64,000 nt of DNA from an uncultured cyanobacterium (GTDB lineage: Bacteria > Cyanobacteriota > Cyanobacteriia > PCC-6307 > Cyanobiaceae): the NCBI GenBank assembly GCA_963765575.1, contig CAVXWZ010000008.1, forward strand, positions 256,001 through 320,000, given 5' to 3'. The position numbers were made by a program, and so were the translations under genes. Below, in pieces: positions 43,654 to 55,259 of the stretch. How positions within the stretch are numbered: position 1 is the stretch's first letter; each line of letters starts with the position of its first letter. Under the pieces are notes generated by a model, which was not told the DNA's origin, made no database searches, and saw only the letters and a list, made by a program, of their open reading frames with translations.

Positions 43654-44658
43654 GTGGATCGCACCCTCATTCAGGAAATTCTCGAGGTCGTCGAACAGGC
43701 GGCCATCGCCTCGGCCAAGCTCACCGGGATGGGTCTGAAGAATGAAGCCGATGCCGAGGCGGTGGAGGCCATGCGCAAGCGCATGGGCCAGATCCAGATG
43801 CAGGGTCGCATCGTCATCGGTGAGGGCGAGAGGGATGAGGCGCCGATGCTCTACATCGGCGAGGAGGTGGGCAGCGGCAGCGGCCCGGGCGTCGATTTCG
43901 CCGTCGACCCCTGCGAAGGCACCAACCTCTGCGCCAACAGCCAGCGGGGCTCCATGGCGGTGCTGGCGGCCTCCGACCGCGGCGGCCTGTTCAACGCCCC
44001 CGACTTCTACATGAACAAGCTGGCGGCACCGCCGGCCGCCAAGGGCAAGGTGGACATCCGCAAGTCGGCCACCGAGAACATCGAGATCCTCAGCCAGTGC
44101 CTGGGGATCCCCAAGACCGATCTGGTGATTGTGGTGATGGACAGGGCCCGCCACAAGGGCCTGATCGCCGAAATCCGCGCCACCGGCGCCCGCGTGCAGC
44201 CGATCTCCGACGGGGACGTGCAGGCCGCCATCGCCTGCGGCTTCTCCGGCACCGGCACCCATTGCCTGATGGGCATCGGTGCTGCCCCCGAAGGCGTGAT
44301 CTCCGCGGCCGCCCTGCGCGCCCTGGGGGGTCACTTCCAGGGCCAGCTGGTCTACGACCCGGCCGTGGCCCAGACCAAGGAGTGGGAGGACCTCACCCGG
44401 GAGGGCAACCTGGCTCGCCTGAGCGAGATGGGCATCACCGATCCCGACCGGGTCTATGAAGCAGACGAGCTCGCCTGCGGCGAGAATGTGGTCTTCGCGG
44501 CCAGCGGCATCACCGATGGTCTCCTGTTCGACGGCGTCAAGTTCGAACCGGACTGCACCCGCACCAGCTCCCTGGTGATCAGCACCCTCGACAACACCGC
44601 CCGGTTCACCACCACGGTGCACATGAAGGAGGGAGCCCGCAGCATCGCCCTGCGCTGA
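43654..44658 (+). CDS. glpX: Fructose-1,6-/sedoheptulose-1,7-bisphosphatase class II
   Basis: [33 protein letters not shown]. Confidence 0.97.
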   Translation: MDRTLIQEILEVVEQAAIASAKLTGMGLKNEADAEAVEAMRKRMGQIQMQGRIVIGEGERDEAPMLYIGEEVGSGSGPGVDFAVDPCEGTNLCANSQRGSMAVLAASDRGGLFNAPDFYMNKLAAPPAAKGKVDIRKSATENIEILSQCLGIPKTDLVIVVMDRARHKGLIAEIRATGARVQPISDGDVQAAIACGFSGTGTHCLMGIGAAPEGVISAAALRALGGHFQGQLVYDPAVAQTKEWEDLTREGNLARLSEMGITDPDRVYEADELACGENVVFAASGITDGLLFDGVKFEPDCTRTSSLVISTLDNTARFTTTVHMKEGARSIALR

Positions 44659-44698
44659 GGCCCTCCGCCCGGCTGATCGGCCCCACCACCCCTTCTCC

Positions 44699-46009
44699 AT
44701 GCACATCGCGGTCGTCGGACTGAGCCATCGCACCGCCCCGGTGGAGATCCGGGAGCGGCTCAGCATCCCGGAGCAGACGATGGAGGACTCCCTCCAGAAG
44801 CTGCGCAGCGACGAGCAGGTGCTGGAGGCCTCGATCCTCAGCACCTGCAACCGTCTGGAGATCTATACCCTGCTGCGCAACCCGGAGCAGGGAATCTCAG
44901 CGGTGGGACAGTTTCTCAGCCAGGTCTCCGGCCTGGCGATCGAGGAGCTCTCCCCCCACCTGTTCACCTACCACCATGACGAGGCGGTGGGCCACCTGCT
45001 GCGGGTGGCCGCCGGCCTCGATTCGTTGGTGCTGGGGGAGGGTCAGATCCTCTCCCAGGTGAAACGCATGGTGCGCCTGGGGCAGGAGCACCGCTCCCTG
45101 GGGCCGATCCTCAACCGCCTGCTCAACCAGGCCGTGAGCACCGGCAAACGGGTGCGCACGGAAACCAAGCTCGGCACTGGCGCCGTGTCGATCAGCTCGG
45201 CGGCCGTGGAGCTGGCCCAGTTGAAGGTGGGTCAGGCCCGGGGCCACGACGACATGGTGCCCCTGGATCAGGAACAGGTGGCCGTGGTGGGCGCTGGGCG
45301 CATGTCCCGCCTGCTGCTCCAGCACCTCCAGGCCAAGGGCTGTCGCGGGGTGGTGCTGCTCAACCGCACCGTCAACCGCGCTGAACTGCTGGCGGCCGAC
45401 TTCCCTGAGTTGCCGGTCCAGTGCCGGCCGCTGGACGATCTCGACCACTGCCTCAGCACCTGCTCGCTGGTGTTCACCAGCACCGCCGCCGAGGAACCGA
45501 TCATCAGCGCCGAGCGCCTCTGCGGTCTCAACCGCCGCAGTTCGCTGATGCTCATCGACATCGGTGTACCCCGCAACATCGCCGCTGACACCGGATCCCT
45601 GGCCGGTGTGCAGGCCTACGACGTGGACGACCTGCAGGAGGTGGTGGCGCGCAACCAGGAGGCGCGCCGCGAGATGGCCAACGAAGCCCAGACCATGCTC
45701 GAGGAGGAGGCTCGCCTGTTCCTGGAGTGGTGGGACGGACTTGAGGCGGTGCCGGTGGTGAACCGGTTGCGCCGGCAACTCGAGGACATCCGTGAGCAGG
45801 AGCTGCAGAAGGCCCTCAGTCGCATGGGGCCGGACCTCTCGGCCCGGGAGCGCAAGGTGGTGGAAGCGCTCAGCAAGGGCATCATCAACAAGATCCTGCA
45901 CACGCCGGTCACCAACATCCGCGCCCCCCAGGCGCGCCAGCAACGCCATACCGCCATGCGGGTGCTGGAGGAGCTCTTCGAACTCCACGACCTCGCCCAG
46001 CCCGACTGA
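44699..46009 (+). CDS. hemA: Glutamyl-tRNA reductase
   Basis: [40 protein letters not shown]. Confidence 0.98.
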   Translation: MHIAVVGLSHRTAPVEIRERLSIPEQTMEDSLQKLRSDEQVLEASILSTCNRLEIYTLLRNPEQGISAVGQFLSQVSGLAIEELSPHLFTYHHDEAVGHLLRVAAGLDSLVLGEGQILSQVKRMVRLGQEHRSLGPILNRLLNQAVSTGKRVRTETKLGTGAVSISSAAVELAQLKVGQARGHDDMVPLDQEQVAVVGAGRMSRLLLQHLQAKGCRGVVLLNRTVNRAELLAADFPELPVQCRPLDDLDHCLSTCSLVFTSTAAEEPIISAERLCGLNRRSSLMLIDIGVPRNIAADTGSLAGVQAYDVDDLQEVVARNQEARREMANEAQTMLEEEARLFLEWWDGLEAVPVVNRLRRQLEDIREQELQKALSRMGPDLSARERKVVEALSKGIINKILHTPVTNIRAPQARQQRHTAMRVLEELFELHDLAQPD

Positions 46010-46136
46010 TCCCAGCCCGGCTGTTCCCAGTCCCAAGATCCCTGCCACCGCTCATGCCGCTTCCGTCTCTCTCCCCTGGCCCAATGCCCACCCCGTCCCC
46101 TACGGTCAACTCAGCCCACCAATGGGGACTGGGAGA

Positions 46137-47432
46137 ATGAAGCGAGTACTGGCGATCATTCTGGGTGGAGGAGCTGGTACCAGGCTCTACCCGCTCACCA
46201 AAATGCGGGCAAAGCCGGCCGTACCTCTGGCCGGTAAATACCGCTTGATCGATATTCCCATCAGCAATTGCATCAACTCGGAGATCAACAAGATCTACGT
46301 GCTGACACAATTCAACAGCGCCTCCCTCAATCGTCACCTGACGATGACCTACAACCTCTCGGCCGGATTCGGCCAGGGCTTCGTGGAGGTGCTGGCCGCC
46401 CAGCAGACACCGGACAGCCCCAGCTGGTTTGAGGGCACCGCCGATGCCGTGCGCAAATATCAGTGGCTGTTCCAGGAATGGGACGTGGACCACGTTCTGA
46501 TCCTCTCCGGCGACCAGCTCTACCGGATGGACTACAGCCGCTTCGTGCAGCACCACATCGACAGTGGCGCCCAGCTCTCGGTGGGGGCACTGCCCGTGGA
46601 TCCCGAGCAGGCCCAGTCCTTCGGCCTGATGCGCACTGACTCCCACGGACGCATCCAGGAGTTCCGCGAGAAACCGAAGGGTGAAGCCCTGGAGGCCATG
46701 CGCGTGGATACCGAGAGCCTGGGGCTATCGGCCGCCGAAGCCGTGCGCCGGCCGCACCTGGCCTCAATGGGCATCTATGTCTTCAGCCGCGACACGCTGT
46801 TTGACCTGCTCAACTCCAATCCTGGAGCCACGGATTTCGGCAAGGAGATCATCCCCATCTCCCTGCAGCGCGGGGACAATCTTCAGAGTTATCTCTTTGA
46901 TGACTACTGGGAAGATATCGGTACGATTGGCGCCTTCTACGAAGCCAATCTTGCGCTCACCCAGCAGCCAAATCCAGCCTTTTCGTTCTACGACGAGAAG
47001 TTTCCGATTTACACCCGCCCCCGCTATCTCCCGCCCAGCAAGCTCCAAGACGCTCAGGTGACGGAATCGATCATCGGCGAGGGCTCCCTGCTCAAGGCCT
47101 GCAGCCTCCACCGCTGCGTACTTGGGGTTCGCTCCCGGGTGGAAGACCAGGTGGTGCTTCAGGACACACTGGTGATGGGTGCCGATTATTTCGAATCCTC
47201 CGAGGAGCGGGCCGTGCTCAAAGAGCGCGGCGGCACCCCGGTGGGAATCGGCAAGGGAACCACGATCAAGGGTGCGATCGTGGACAAGAATGTACGCATC
47301 GGCCAGAACGTCACGATCACCAACAAGGATCGCATCGAGGAAGCCGACCATCCAGAGCTCAACTTTTACATCCGCAACGGCATTGTTGTGGTGGTGAAGA
47401 ACGGCACGATCGCCGATGGCACCGTGATCTGA
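46137..47432 (+). CDS. glgC: Glucose-1-phosphate adenylyltransferase
   Basis: [34 protein letters not shown]. Confidence 0.98.
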   Translation: MKRVLAIILGGGAGTRLYPLTKMRAKPAVPLAGKYRLIDIPISNCINSEINKIYVLTQFNSASLNRHLTMTYNLSAGFGQGFVEVLAAQQTPDSPSWFEGTADAVRKYQWLFQEWDVDHVLILSGDQLYRMDYSRFVQHHIDSGAQLSVGALPVDPEQAQSFGLMRTDSHGRIQEFREKPKGEALEAMRVDTESLGLSAAEAVRRPHLASMGIYVFSRDTLFDLLNSNPGATDFGKEIIPISLQRGDNLQSYLFDDYWEDIGTIGAFYEANLALTQQPNPAFSFYDEKFPIYTRPRYLPPSKLQDAQVTESIIGEGSLLKACSLHRCVLGVRSRVEDQVVLQDTLVMGADYFESSEERAVLKERGGTPVGIGKGTTIKGAIVDKNVRIGQNVTITNKDRIEEADHPELNFYIRNGIVVVVKNGTIADGTVI

Positions 47433-47669
47433 CGCCGATTCCGCGCAGGCGCCCCACATCAACACGGCCCCTGCAAATCAGTGGCGCCTGCCTGCTATGC
47501 CCGCCAGCATCCGGATGTCACCAAGCAGCCGGGTGCAGGCGGTGGGATGGGGCGTGGGCGGGCCCTGGGATCCATCCGGAACCCATGACACAGGATCCCC
47601 ATGTTGTGACGGATCTGGACGCAGGGGCCGACGCCTGTTCACACTGAGCCGAAGCCACGCGCAATTTTC

Positions 47670-49088
47670 ATGGGAACGGCACATTTCGGCCTCATCGGGC
47701 TGGGTGTGATGGGCGAAAACCTGGTGCTCAACGCTGAGCGCAACGGGTTTTCAAGCGTCGTCTACAACCGCACCTACGCCAAGACGGAAGCCTTCCTCGC
47801 CGGCCGTGGGGCCGGCAAGGACATCAGCGGTGCCCGCACCCTCGAAGAGTTCGTGGGCGCCCTGGAGCGACCACGACGGATCCTGATGATGGTGAAGGCG
47901 GGGCAGCCCGTGGACGACATGATCGCCACCATTTCACCGCTGCTGGCGGAGGGGGATCTGCTGATCGACGGCGGCAATTCCCTTTTTGCCGATACCGAGC
48001 GGCGTGTCCATGAACTCGAGAGCCGCAGCTTCGGCTACATCGGCATGGGAGTCTCCGGCGGCGCCAAGGGAGCCCTGGAGGGGCCCAGCATGATGCCCGG
48101 TGGCACCCGCGCTGCCTACGACGCCATCGAGCCGCTGGTGCGCAAGATGGCCGCCCAGGTGGAGGACGGCCCCTGCGTGACCTACATCGGCCCCGGCGGC
48201 GCCGGCCACTTCGTCAAGACCGTGCACAACGGCATTGAGTACGGCATTGAGCAGATCCTGGCCGAGGCCTACGACCTGATGAAGCGCATCGCCGGCATGA
48301 ATGGCGACCAGATGGCCGATGTGCTGGCCCAGTGGAACCAGAGCGAGGAACTGGCCTCCTATCTGGTGGAGATCACCGAGGTGTGTCTGCGCACCAAGGA
48401 TCCGGACAGTGGCGGCGATCTGGTGGAGATGATCGTCGACGCCGCTGGCCAGAAGGGCACGGGCCTCTGGACCGTGGTCAGTGCCCTGGAGATGGGCGTG
48501 CCCGTGCCCACGATCTATGCGGCGCTCAATGCCCGGGTGATGAGCTCCCTGCGCGATGAGCGCCTGGCGGCCGAAGCCGTGATCGGCGCGCCCGAGGCCC
48601 ACAGTTTCGATCTGGGCAGCGTCTCCGACGCCATGGCACCGCTGCGCGACGCCTGCACCGCTGCCTGCGTGGTCAGCTACGGCCAGGGCATGGCCCTGCT
48701 GCAGGAGGCCTCCACCCTGCACAACTACGAGCTTGACTTCGCGGCCATCGGCCAGATCTGGAAGGGGGGCTGCATCATCCGGGCCCGCCTGCTGCAGCGC
48801 ATTCAAGATGCCTATGGCGCCAACCAGCACCTGCCCAACCTGATGCTCGATCCCTGGTTTGCAGCCCAGATCAACCGCTGCCTGCCGGGCCTGCGCCAGG
48901 TGGTGGCCGGTGCTGCCCGCGCCGGCATTCCCGTGCCCTGCCTGTCCAGCACGCTCGACTACATCGACAGCTATCGCAGTGGCCGCCTGCCCCAGAACCT
49001 GGTGCAGGCCATGCGCGACTGCTTCGGCTCCCACACCTACGAGCGGGTGGACCGGCCCGGCTCCTTCCACACTGAGTGGCTGAACTGA
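47670..49088 (+). CDS. gnd: 6-phosphogluconate dehydrogenase (decarboxylating)
   Basis: GLGVMG, IDGGNS, KTVHNGIEYG, QKGTG, QAMRDCFGSHTYER. Confidence 0.98.
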   Translation: MGTAHFGLIGLGVMGENLVLNAERNGFSSVVYNRTYAKTEAFLAGRGAGKDISGARTLEEFVGALERPRRILMMVKAGQPVDDMIATISPLLAEGDLLIDGGNSLFADTERRVHELESRSFGYIGMGVSGGAKGALEGPSMMPGGTRAAYDAIEPLVRKMAAQVEDGPCVTYIGPGGAGHFVKTVHNGIEYGIEQILAEAYDLMKRIAGMNGDQMADVLAQWNQSEELASYLVEITEVCLRTKDPDSGGDLVEMIVDAAGQKGTGLWTVVSALEMGVPVPTIYAALNARVMSSLRDERLAAEAVIGAPEAHSFDLGSVSDAMAPLRDACTAACVVSYGQGMALLQEASTLHNYELDFAAIGQIWKGGCIIRARLLQRIQDAYGANQHLPNLMLDPWFAAQINRCLPGLRQVVAGAARAGIPVPCLSSTLDYIDSYRSGRLPQNLVQAMRDCFGSHTYERVDRPGSFHTEWLN

Positions 49089-49096
49089 ACGCCGCG

Positions 49097-49834
49097 ATGT
49101 CCCCCCTCCAGCCCCCCTCCCCAGCCGCCGCCCGCTACCGGCTGGAGGTGGTGGATTCAGCCGAGACCCTGGCCCGGCGCTGCGCCGAGACGGTCGCCTC
49201 GGCGATCGATCTGGCCCTGGCGCAACGGGACCGTTGCCAGATCGCCCTGGCCGGTGGCCGTACACCGGCCGCCACCTACCACCATCTCGCCCAGGAGCGC
49301 CTGCCCTGGGAGCGGGTGGATGTGCTGCTCGGCGATGAGCGCTGGGTGAGCTCCGACGACGCGGCCAGCAATGCCCGTCTGGTTCGCACCACGCTGATGG
49401 CTGCCGGGCCGGGGCGGGCAGCGCGGCTGCATCCCGTGCCGACCCACCTCGCCAGCCCCGAGGAGGGAGCCCAGGCCTATGGCGACCTGCTCGCCCAGCT
49501 GTGCAGCGGTGAGCCGCCCGAGCTCGACCTGGTGCTGCTGGGGCTGGGGGACGACGGCCACACAGCCTCCCTGTTCCCTGGCACCGCCGCGACCACCGTC
49601 ACCGACCGCAGCGTCACGGTGAGTGACGGCAAGGGTCTGGCCCGGATCACCCTCACCGCACCGGTGCTCTCCGCCGCCCGCCAGGTGGTGTTCCTGGTCT
49701 GTGGTGCCGACAAGCGCCAGGCCCTCAGGCGGCTGCTCGATCCGGCCGAATCACCGCAGCGCACTCCTGCCGTGTTGGTGCAACCGACGACGGAGGTGCT
49801 GGTGTTGGCCGACAATGGAGCGGCATCGCCCTGA
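49097..49834 (+). CDS. pgl: 6-phosphogluconolactonase
   Basis: ALAGGRTP, GDERWV, LLGLGDDGHTASLFP. Confidence 0.95.
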   Translation: MSPLQPPSPAAARYRLEVVDSAETLARRCAETVASAIDLALAQRDRCQIALAGGRTPAATYHHLAQERLPWERVDVLLGDERWVSSDDAASNARLVRTTLMAAGPGRAARLHPVPTHLASPEEGAQAYGDLLAQLCSGEPPELDLVLLGLGDDGHTASLFPGTAATTVTDRSVTVSDGKGLARITLTAPVLSAARQVVFLVCGADKRQALRRLLDPAESPQRTPAVLVQPTTEVLVLADNGAASP

Positions 49835-49840
49835 ACCCAG

Positions 49841-50383
49841 ATGCTGGAGATCACGGCAGGAGACGGCTTCAGCGGCTGGCATGCCCTCAACGACACGATC
49901 ATGGGCGGCCGCAGCCAGGGCCAGTGCCTTGTCGGCCCAGCGGGGCTGGTGTTCGAGGGTGAGGTGATCGCCGAGGGCGGTGGCTTCATCAGCTGCCGCT
50001 CGCCGGTGCTGTCTCCCCCCCTCGACCTCTCCGCCCACGAGGGACTGGAACTGGAGCTGAGCGGTGAAGGCCGGCGCTTCAAGCTGGCGGTGGGTTGCGC
50101 CGACGGGGTGGGGGGCCTGACCGCGCTGATCCCCGGCGGTCTGCGCTGGGTGTTTGAGTTCCCCACCGAACGCGAGGGCGCCACCACCGTGCGGGTGCCG
50201 TTTGTCCAGCTGCGGGCCTCGGTGCGGGCGAAGCCGGTGGGCCTGCCCTTGCGCTTCCAGGCCGCCAGGGTGAACCGGCTGCAACTGCTGCACTCCCGTT
50301 TCGGTGATGACGGTGCTGAGAACGGTGGCTTCCGCCCCGGCCCCATCCGCTTCTGCCTGCACGCCATCCGTGGCTATCCCTGA
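49841..50383 (+). CDS. CIA30 family protein
   Basis: WHALNDTIMGGRS, GGGFISCRS. Confidence 0.85.
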   Translation: MLEITAGDGFSGWHALNDTIMGGRSQGQCLVGPAGLVFEGEVIAEGGGFISCRSPVLSPPLDLSAHEGLELELSGEGRRFKLAVGCADGVGGLTALIPGGLRWVFEFPTEREGATTVRVPFVQLRASVRAKPVGLPLRFQAARVNRLQLLHSRFGDDGAENGGFRPGPIRFCLHAIRGYP

Positions 50384-50759
50384 GCTGCCGCCAGTGGCGG
50401 AGTTGTGCCAGCTGGTGGCTGCCGCTGCCGACCTCTGCCGCAAGCCGCTGCGCCACGCCGTGCGCCTGCAGTCGGACAGCGGCCAAGGCGAGGGGGCCGA
50501 CGAGCATGGCCTCTGCCTGCTGGTCCGCGACGCCGCCGGGGAGCGGCAGCCGGCCGATGACCTGGAGCTCGAGCTCTACCGCAGCGGCAGCCGCCTGAAC
50601 CTCACCCTGGCCTGGGCCCATGACCCGGCCCGGCCGATGCTGTGGCAGGGCAGCCACCCGGTCTGGATGGACGGCACCAGCGGTCAGCGCTGTGAACGCC
50701 CCCAGGACGGGCTGGCCCTGGAAAGCCTGGCCCGCCGTCTGCGCTCGCTGCTGGACTGA
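50370..50759 (+). CDS. Conserved hypothetical protein
   Basis: GTG 50370; LELELYRSG...PMLWQGSHPVWMD; coding-like. Confidence 0.7.
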   Translation: MAIPELPPVAELCQLVAAAADLCRKPLRHAVRLQSDSGQGEGADEHGLCLLVRDAAGERQPADDLELELYRSGSRLNLTLAWAHDPARPMLWQGSHPVWMDGTSGQRCERPQDGLALESLARRLRSLLD

Positions 50760-50760
50760 G

Positions 50761-50799
50761 GCTCAGGGCTGAAGCTCAGGGCTGGGGCTCAGGGCTGAT
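50761..50799. repeat. 13-nt period triple repeat at the ilvD stop
   Basis: GCTCAGGGCTG at 50761, 50774 and 50787. Confidence 0.88.
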
Positions 50800-52459
50800 C
50801 GGTGATGGCGCCGATGCTGCTGGAGCTCACCAGGCGGGCATATTTGCCGAGCACGCCGGTGCGGTAGCGGGGCTCGGGGCGCACCCAGGCGGCGCGGCGG
50901 CGGTCGATCTCGCCATCGCTCACGTTGAGCTGAATCAGCAGGCGGTTGGCATCCACGGTGATGCTGTCGCCCTCCTGCACGAGGCCGATGGTGCCGCCGA
51001 CGGCGGCCTCGGGGGCCACGTGACCGATCACGAGGCCGAAGGATCCGCCCGAGAAGCGGCCATCGGTGATCAGGGCCACCGAGTCGATCAATCCCCGGCC
51101 CACGATGGCGGCGGTGGGGCTGAGCATCTCACGCATGCCGGGGCCGCCCACCGGACCCTCGTTGCGCACCACCACCACGTCGCCGGGGCCGATCTGGTTG
51201 TCGAGGATGGCCGCAAGGGCGCATTCCTCGCTCTCGAACACCCGCGCGGGGCCGGTGATCACCGGGTTCTTGACGCCGCTGATCTTGGCCACGGCGCCCT
51301 CCTCGGCCAGGTTGCCCTTGAGAATGGCCAGGTGGCCCTTGGCGTAGAGGGGATTGCTGAGCGGCCGGATCACGTCCTGGTCGGCGGCTGGCGCGGACGG
51401 CACGGCGGCCAGCACCTCGCTGAGGGTCTTGCCTTCGATCGTGCGGCAATCGCCGTGCAGCAGGCCGGCATCCAGCAGCAGCTTCATCACCTGGGGGATG
51501 CCGCCGGCATGGTGCAGATCCACGGTCACGTAGCGGCCGCTGGGCTTGAGATCGCAGAGCACGGGCACCCGCTGGCGGATCGTCTCGAAATCGTCGATGC
51601 CCAGCTCCACCCCGGCGGTGCGGGCCACGGCCAGCAGGTGCAGCACCGAGTTGGTCGAGCCCCCCACCGCCATGATCACGCTGATGGCGTTTTCAAAGGC
51701 GGCGCGGGTGAGCAGGTCCCTGGGGCGGATGTTCCGCTCCACGGCCTGCATCAGCACCTCGGCGCTGCGGGCGGCGCTGTCGGCCTTCTCCGGATCCTCG
51801 GCGGCCATGGTGGAGCTGTAGGGCAGGCTCAGGCCCATCACCTCAAAGGCCGCGCTCATGGTGTTGGCGGTGAACATGCCACCGCAGCTGCCGGCTCCGG
51901 GGCAGGCATTCTTCTCGATCGCGGTGAGTTCCTCCTGGTCGATCTGGCCACCGCTGAACTGACCCACAGCCTCGAAGGCACTCACCACAGTGAGATCGCA
52001 AGCACCGAGTTTCCCCGGCTTGATCGTGCCGCCATACACAAAGATGGAGGGAATGTTCATGCGAGCCATGGCCAGCATGGCGCCGGGCATGTTCTTGTCA
52101 CAGCCGCCAATCGCCAACAGGGCATCCATGCTCTGGGCGTTGCAGGCCGTTTCAATCGAGTCGGCGATCACCTCCCGACTCACGAGGGAATACTTCATGC
52201 CCTCGGTGCCCATGGAGATGCCGTCGCTCACCGTGATGGTGCCGAACATCTGGGGCATGGCGCCGGCGAGATGGGCCGCCTGTTCGGCCCGGCGGGCCAG
52301 GTCGTTGAGGCCCAGATTGCACGGGGTGATGGTGCTGTAGCCGTTGGCAATGCCGATGATCGGCTTGCTGAAGTCGTCGTCGCCGAAGCCCACCGCCCGC
52401 AGCATGGCCCGGTTGGGGGAGCGCTGAATCCCCTGGGTGACGGCGGCGGAGCGGAGCAT
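50789..52459 (-). CDS. ilvD: Dihydroxy-acid dehydratase
   Basis: [38 protein letters not shown]. Confidence 0.98.
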   Translation of the reverse strand: MLRSAAVTQGIQRSPNRAMLRAVGFGDDDFSKPIIGIANGYSTITPCNLGLNDLARRAEQAAHLAGAMPQMFGTITVSDGISMGTEGMKYSLVSREVIADSIETACNAQSMDALLAIGGCDKNMPGAMLAMARMNIPSIFVYGGTIKPGKLGACDLTVVSAFEAVGQFSGGQIDQEELTAIEKNACPGAGSCGGMFTANTMSAAFEVMGLSLPYSSTMAAEDPEKADSAARSAEVLMQAVERNIRPRDLLTRAAFENAISVIMAVGGSTNSVLHLLAVARTAGVELGIDDFETIRQRVPVLCDLKPSGRYVTVDLHHAGGIPQVMKLLLDAGLLHGDCRTIEGKTLSEVLAAVPSAPAADQDVIRPLSNPLYAKGHLAILKGNLAEEGAVAKISGVKNPVITGPARVFESEECALAAILDNQIGPGDVVVVRNEGPVGGPGMREMLSPTAAIVGRGLIDSVALITDGRFSGGSFGLVIGHVAPEAAVGGTIGLVQEGDSITVDANRLLIQLNVSDGEIDRRRAAWVRPEPRYRTGVLGKYARLVSSSSIGAITDQP

Positions 52460-52504
52460 GGGCAGGGGGCAGAGGCGAGCTGTGCAACCTACCCAGGGAT
52501 GGTC

Positions 52505-52873
52505 TCAGCCCTGGGGCTGCAACTGCTCCAGCTGGCGGCGCACCGCTTCGATGGCCTTGTTGAGCTCATTCACCTTGTCGTGCAGATCCCTTTCCTCGGC
52601 GCTGCCCTCCCGCCCGGCCTGGAGGGGAGCACCGCCGCGCCCCGTCTCATCGTGGGGGTCGGCACCGCCCTGCAGACGTGAGAGCTGGAGCGCGCGCTGC
52701 TGCCGGGCGGCCAGGCGCCGACGTTCGGCCAGCGACAACAGCCACCAGGCCAGACCGGCGGCGCCTAGGACCGCTCCGGCAACCACGCTCGCCAGAGCAA
52801 CGGAACCCTGGCCGCCGACTGCGGCACCGCCGGCATCCGGAATGGCGCGATCCTGGGTGTGGCGATCAGCCAT
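52505..52873 (-). CDS. Hypothetical protein (single TM plus coiled C-terminus)
   Basis: VVAGAVLGAAGLAWWLL; LHDKVNELNKAIEAVRRQLE. Confidence 0.75.
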   Translation of the reverse strand: MADRHTQDRAIPDAGGAAVGGQGSVALASVVAGAVLGAAGLAWWLLSLAERRRLAARQQRALQLSRLQGGADPHDETGRGGAPLQAGREGSAEERDLHDKVNELNKAIEAVRRQLEQLQPQG

Positions 52874-52914
52874 GGGAATCAGGGCAGGTGGACAGCAGGC
52901 TTGTGGCCCTCAGC

Positions 52915-53562
52915 CTAGGCAGCAGGCACGGGCACTTCCAGCAGCGGCGCGCCGAACAGGCGCTCGGCGACAGTGCCGATGCCCGGGCTGATGGCACCGT
53001 CAGCGTTGAGCTGGGGATCGATGCAGGCGGTGTAAACGGTGAGGTCGGCGAAGGATTCACCCAGCCGGCTCAGGCCCTCACTGGCCGCCAGGGCGGTGAT
53101 CAAGCGCAACCTGGGACCGCTCACGCCCCGTTCCCGCAGGCTCGCGAGCAGGGCGTCCAGCTCGCCGGCTGCAGCCACTTCAGCGGCAAACACCAGCACA
53201 CCGCAGTGGGAGTCGATGCTGGCCAGCGGTAGCGACTCGCCGCGGTGCTGGTGCAGCACCCGGGCCGCCGGCAGCACCGTCTTGGCCCCATCCCACAGAC
53301 CCAGGCCCTCCGGGCAGAGGGGGATGGCGAGTATCGGCACCGTGGCGTCCACCACCTGGCCGTCGCAGCAGGCCCGCTCTGTCTCCACGCGGATATCGCG
53401 GTGCGGCAGCCAGTCGCGCATGGCCTCATAGGTGAGCCAGCGCCCCAGTTCAGCCGTGGCGGTGCCATAGAGCGGGCTGGGTGTGCAGCGATCACGCAGG
53501 ACCGACAGCCAGTGCCCGATCAGGGGGTGGGGGGGCACCACCACCCGCAGGGTCATCGCCAT
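52915..53562 (-). CDS. upp: Uracil phosphoribosyltransferase-like protein (degenerate motifs)
   Basis: LRVVVPPHPLIGHWL, ELGRWLTYEA, YTACID, PGIG...RLFG. Confidence 0.82.
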   Translation of the reverse strand: MAMTLRVVVPPHPLIGHWLSVLRDRCTPSPLYGTATAELGRWLTYEAMRDWLPHRDIRVETERACCDGQVVDATVPILAIPLCPEGLGLWDGAKTVLPAARVLHQHRGESLPLASIDSHCGVLVFAAEVAAAGELDALLASLRERGVSGPRLRLITALAASEGLSRLGESFADLTVYTACIDPQLNADGAISPGIGTVAERLFGAPLLEVPVPAA

Positions 53563-53601
53563 GGTTGCCATAACTTGAGCCTTCACCGTACGTGCACACC
53601 C

Positions 53602-54147
53602 ATGCCCAGCCGCCTGCCCCTGAATCGCGGACTCCCGCCCCTGGAGGCACCCGCGCTTGTGGCACTCCTGCTGGCCCTGGCGCTGTGGGCGAGCTGCCTG
53701 CTGCTGGCGCCGGCATCCGCCCACGCCATTACGGCACCTGAGCTGCGGGGCCAGCGGGCCCTGCAGGATCTCCAGCCCGACATGCACGGCCGCAAGCTGC
53801 TGCAGGCGGAATTTCTCAAGGCCTCCCTGGATGGCTACGACTTCAGCGATGCCGACCTGCGGGGGGCGGTGTTCAACAACTCCAGCCTGCGGGGCGCCAA
53901 TCTGACTGGCGCCAACCTCGAGGATGTGGTGGCCTATGCCAGCCGCTTTGATGACAGCGACCTGAGTGGCACGGTGCTGCGCAACGCGATGTTGATGCAG
54001 AGCCGCTTCAGTGGCGCCCGCATCGACGGTGCCGACTTCAGCGATGCGGTGCTCGACCAGCCCGAGCAGAAGCAGCTCTGCAAGCGCGCCAGCGGCACCA
54101 ACCCGCTCACCGGCGTGAGCACCCGGGACAGCCTGGAGTGCCGATGA
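53602..54147 (+). CDS. Exported/lumenal pentapeptide repeat protein
   Basis: Signal peptide (ASAHA), A(D/N)LxG repeats, C-terminal LCKRASGTN...SLEC. Confidence 0.88.
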   Translation: MPSRLPLNRGLPPLEAPALVALLLALALWASCLLLAPASAHAITAPELRGQRALQDLQPDMHGRKLLQAEFLKASLDGYDFSDADLRGAVFNNSSLRGANLTGANLEDVVAYASRFDDSDLSGTVLRNAMLMQSRFSGARIDGADFSDAVLDQPEQKQLCKRASGTNPLTGVSTRDSLECR

Positions 54148-55256
54148 CCGCCTCCAGCTTCGGCCTTGCCGTTCCAGCGCCACCCGCCCGCCTGCCGGTG
54201 ACGGTGGTGACCGGCTTTCTCGGGGCTGGCAAGACCACCCTGCTGCGCCAGCTGCTGCTGGGCAGCGGCCAGCGGCTGGCCGTGCTCGTGAACGAGTTCG
54301 GAGAGGTGGGGATCGATGGCGACCTGTTGCGCAGCTGCGGCTTCTGCCCGCAGGAGGAGCTTGAGGGCCGGTTGGTGGAGCTCACCAATGGTTGCCTCTG
54401 CTGCACGGTGCAGGACGACTTTCTGCCCACCATGACCACCCTGCTGGAGCGCGCCGACCAGCTCGATGGAATCGTGGTCGAAACCAGTGGCCTGGCCCTG
54501 CCCGAACCGCTGGTGGCGGCGTTTCAGTGGCCGCAGATCCGCTCGCGCACCCGCGTCAACGGGGTGGTGACCGTGGTGGACGGCGAGGCCCTGGCGGCCG
54601 GTGCGGTGGTGGCCGACCCATCGACCCTGGACGCCCAGCGGCGGGCCGATCCCAGCCTGGATCACGCCACCGCCATCGACGAGCTGTTCGCCCAGCAACT
54701 GGCCAGCGCCGACCTGGTGCTGATCAGTCGGGCCGACTGTGTCGAGGCGGACCGGCTGGAGCAGGTGCGCGAGCGGCTGCAGGGCCTGATCCGGCCCGGT
54801 ACACCCGTGTTGCCGATGGCGCGAGGTGCCGTGCCGGCTGAGCTGGTGCTGGGGCTGGACCACCACCCCACGCAGCAGGGTGGGGCCCATCCAGACCACG
54901 AGCATGATGGCGACCACCACCATCACCACGAGCACCACCATCACGTGGCGATGGAGTCCCAGGCCCTGCGCCTGCCGGGTACGTGGCAGCGGCCTGCTGT
55001 GGAACAGGCGCTGCGCCGCCTGATCCAGGACCACGGCGTGGTGCGGCTCAAGGGCCGGCTGCGGCTCCCCGGCAAGGCCCGGGTGCTGGAACTGCAGGCG
55101 GTGGGCCCGCGTCTCGAGAGCTGGTTCAGTTCTCCGGTGGACCAGGAGCGCGATCCCGCCCCCGGCCTTGAACTGGTGCTGCTGGGCTTCCAGCTTCCGG
55201 CCAGCGGCCTGCAGGCGGCACTGGAGAGCCTGTTGGGGAAATCGCCGGCGCCCTGA
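54144..55256 (+). CDS. cobW: CobW / COG0523 metallochaperone GTPase
   Basis: GFLGAGKTT, NGCLCCTV, ETSGLALP, His-rich tract HPDHEHDGDHHHHHEHHHH. Confidence 0.88.
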   Translation: MTASSFGLAVPAPPARLPVTVVTGFLGAGKTTLLRQLLLGSGQRLAVLVNEFGEVGIDGDLLRSCGFCPQEELEGRLVELTNGCLCCTVQDDFLPTMTTLLERADQLDGIVVETSGLALPEPLVAAFQWPQIRSRTRVNGVVTVVDGEALAAGAVVADPSTLDAQRRADPSLDHATAIDELFAQQLASADLVLISRADCVEADRLEQVRERLQGLIRPGTPVLPMARGAVPAELVLGLDHHPTQQGGAHPDHEHDGDHHHHHEHHHHVAMESQALRLPGTWQRPAVEQALRRLIQDHGVVRLKGRLRLPGKARVLELQAVGPRLESWFSSPVDQERDPAPGLELVLLGFQLPASGLQAALESLLGKSPAP

Positions 55257-55259
55257 GCC

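Noticed and set aside
54890..54945. CAC-rich repeat
   Set aside because: Encodes the ordinary His-rich tract of CobW/COG0523 proteins
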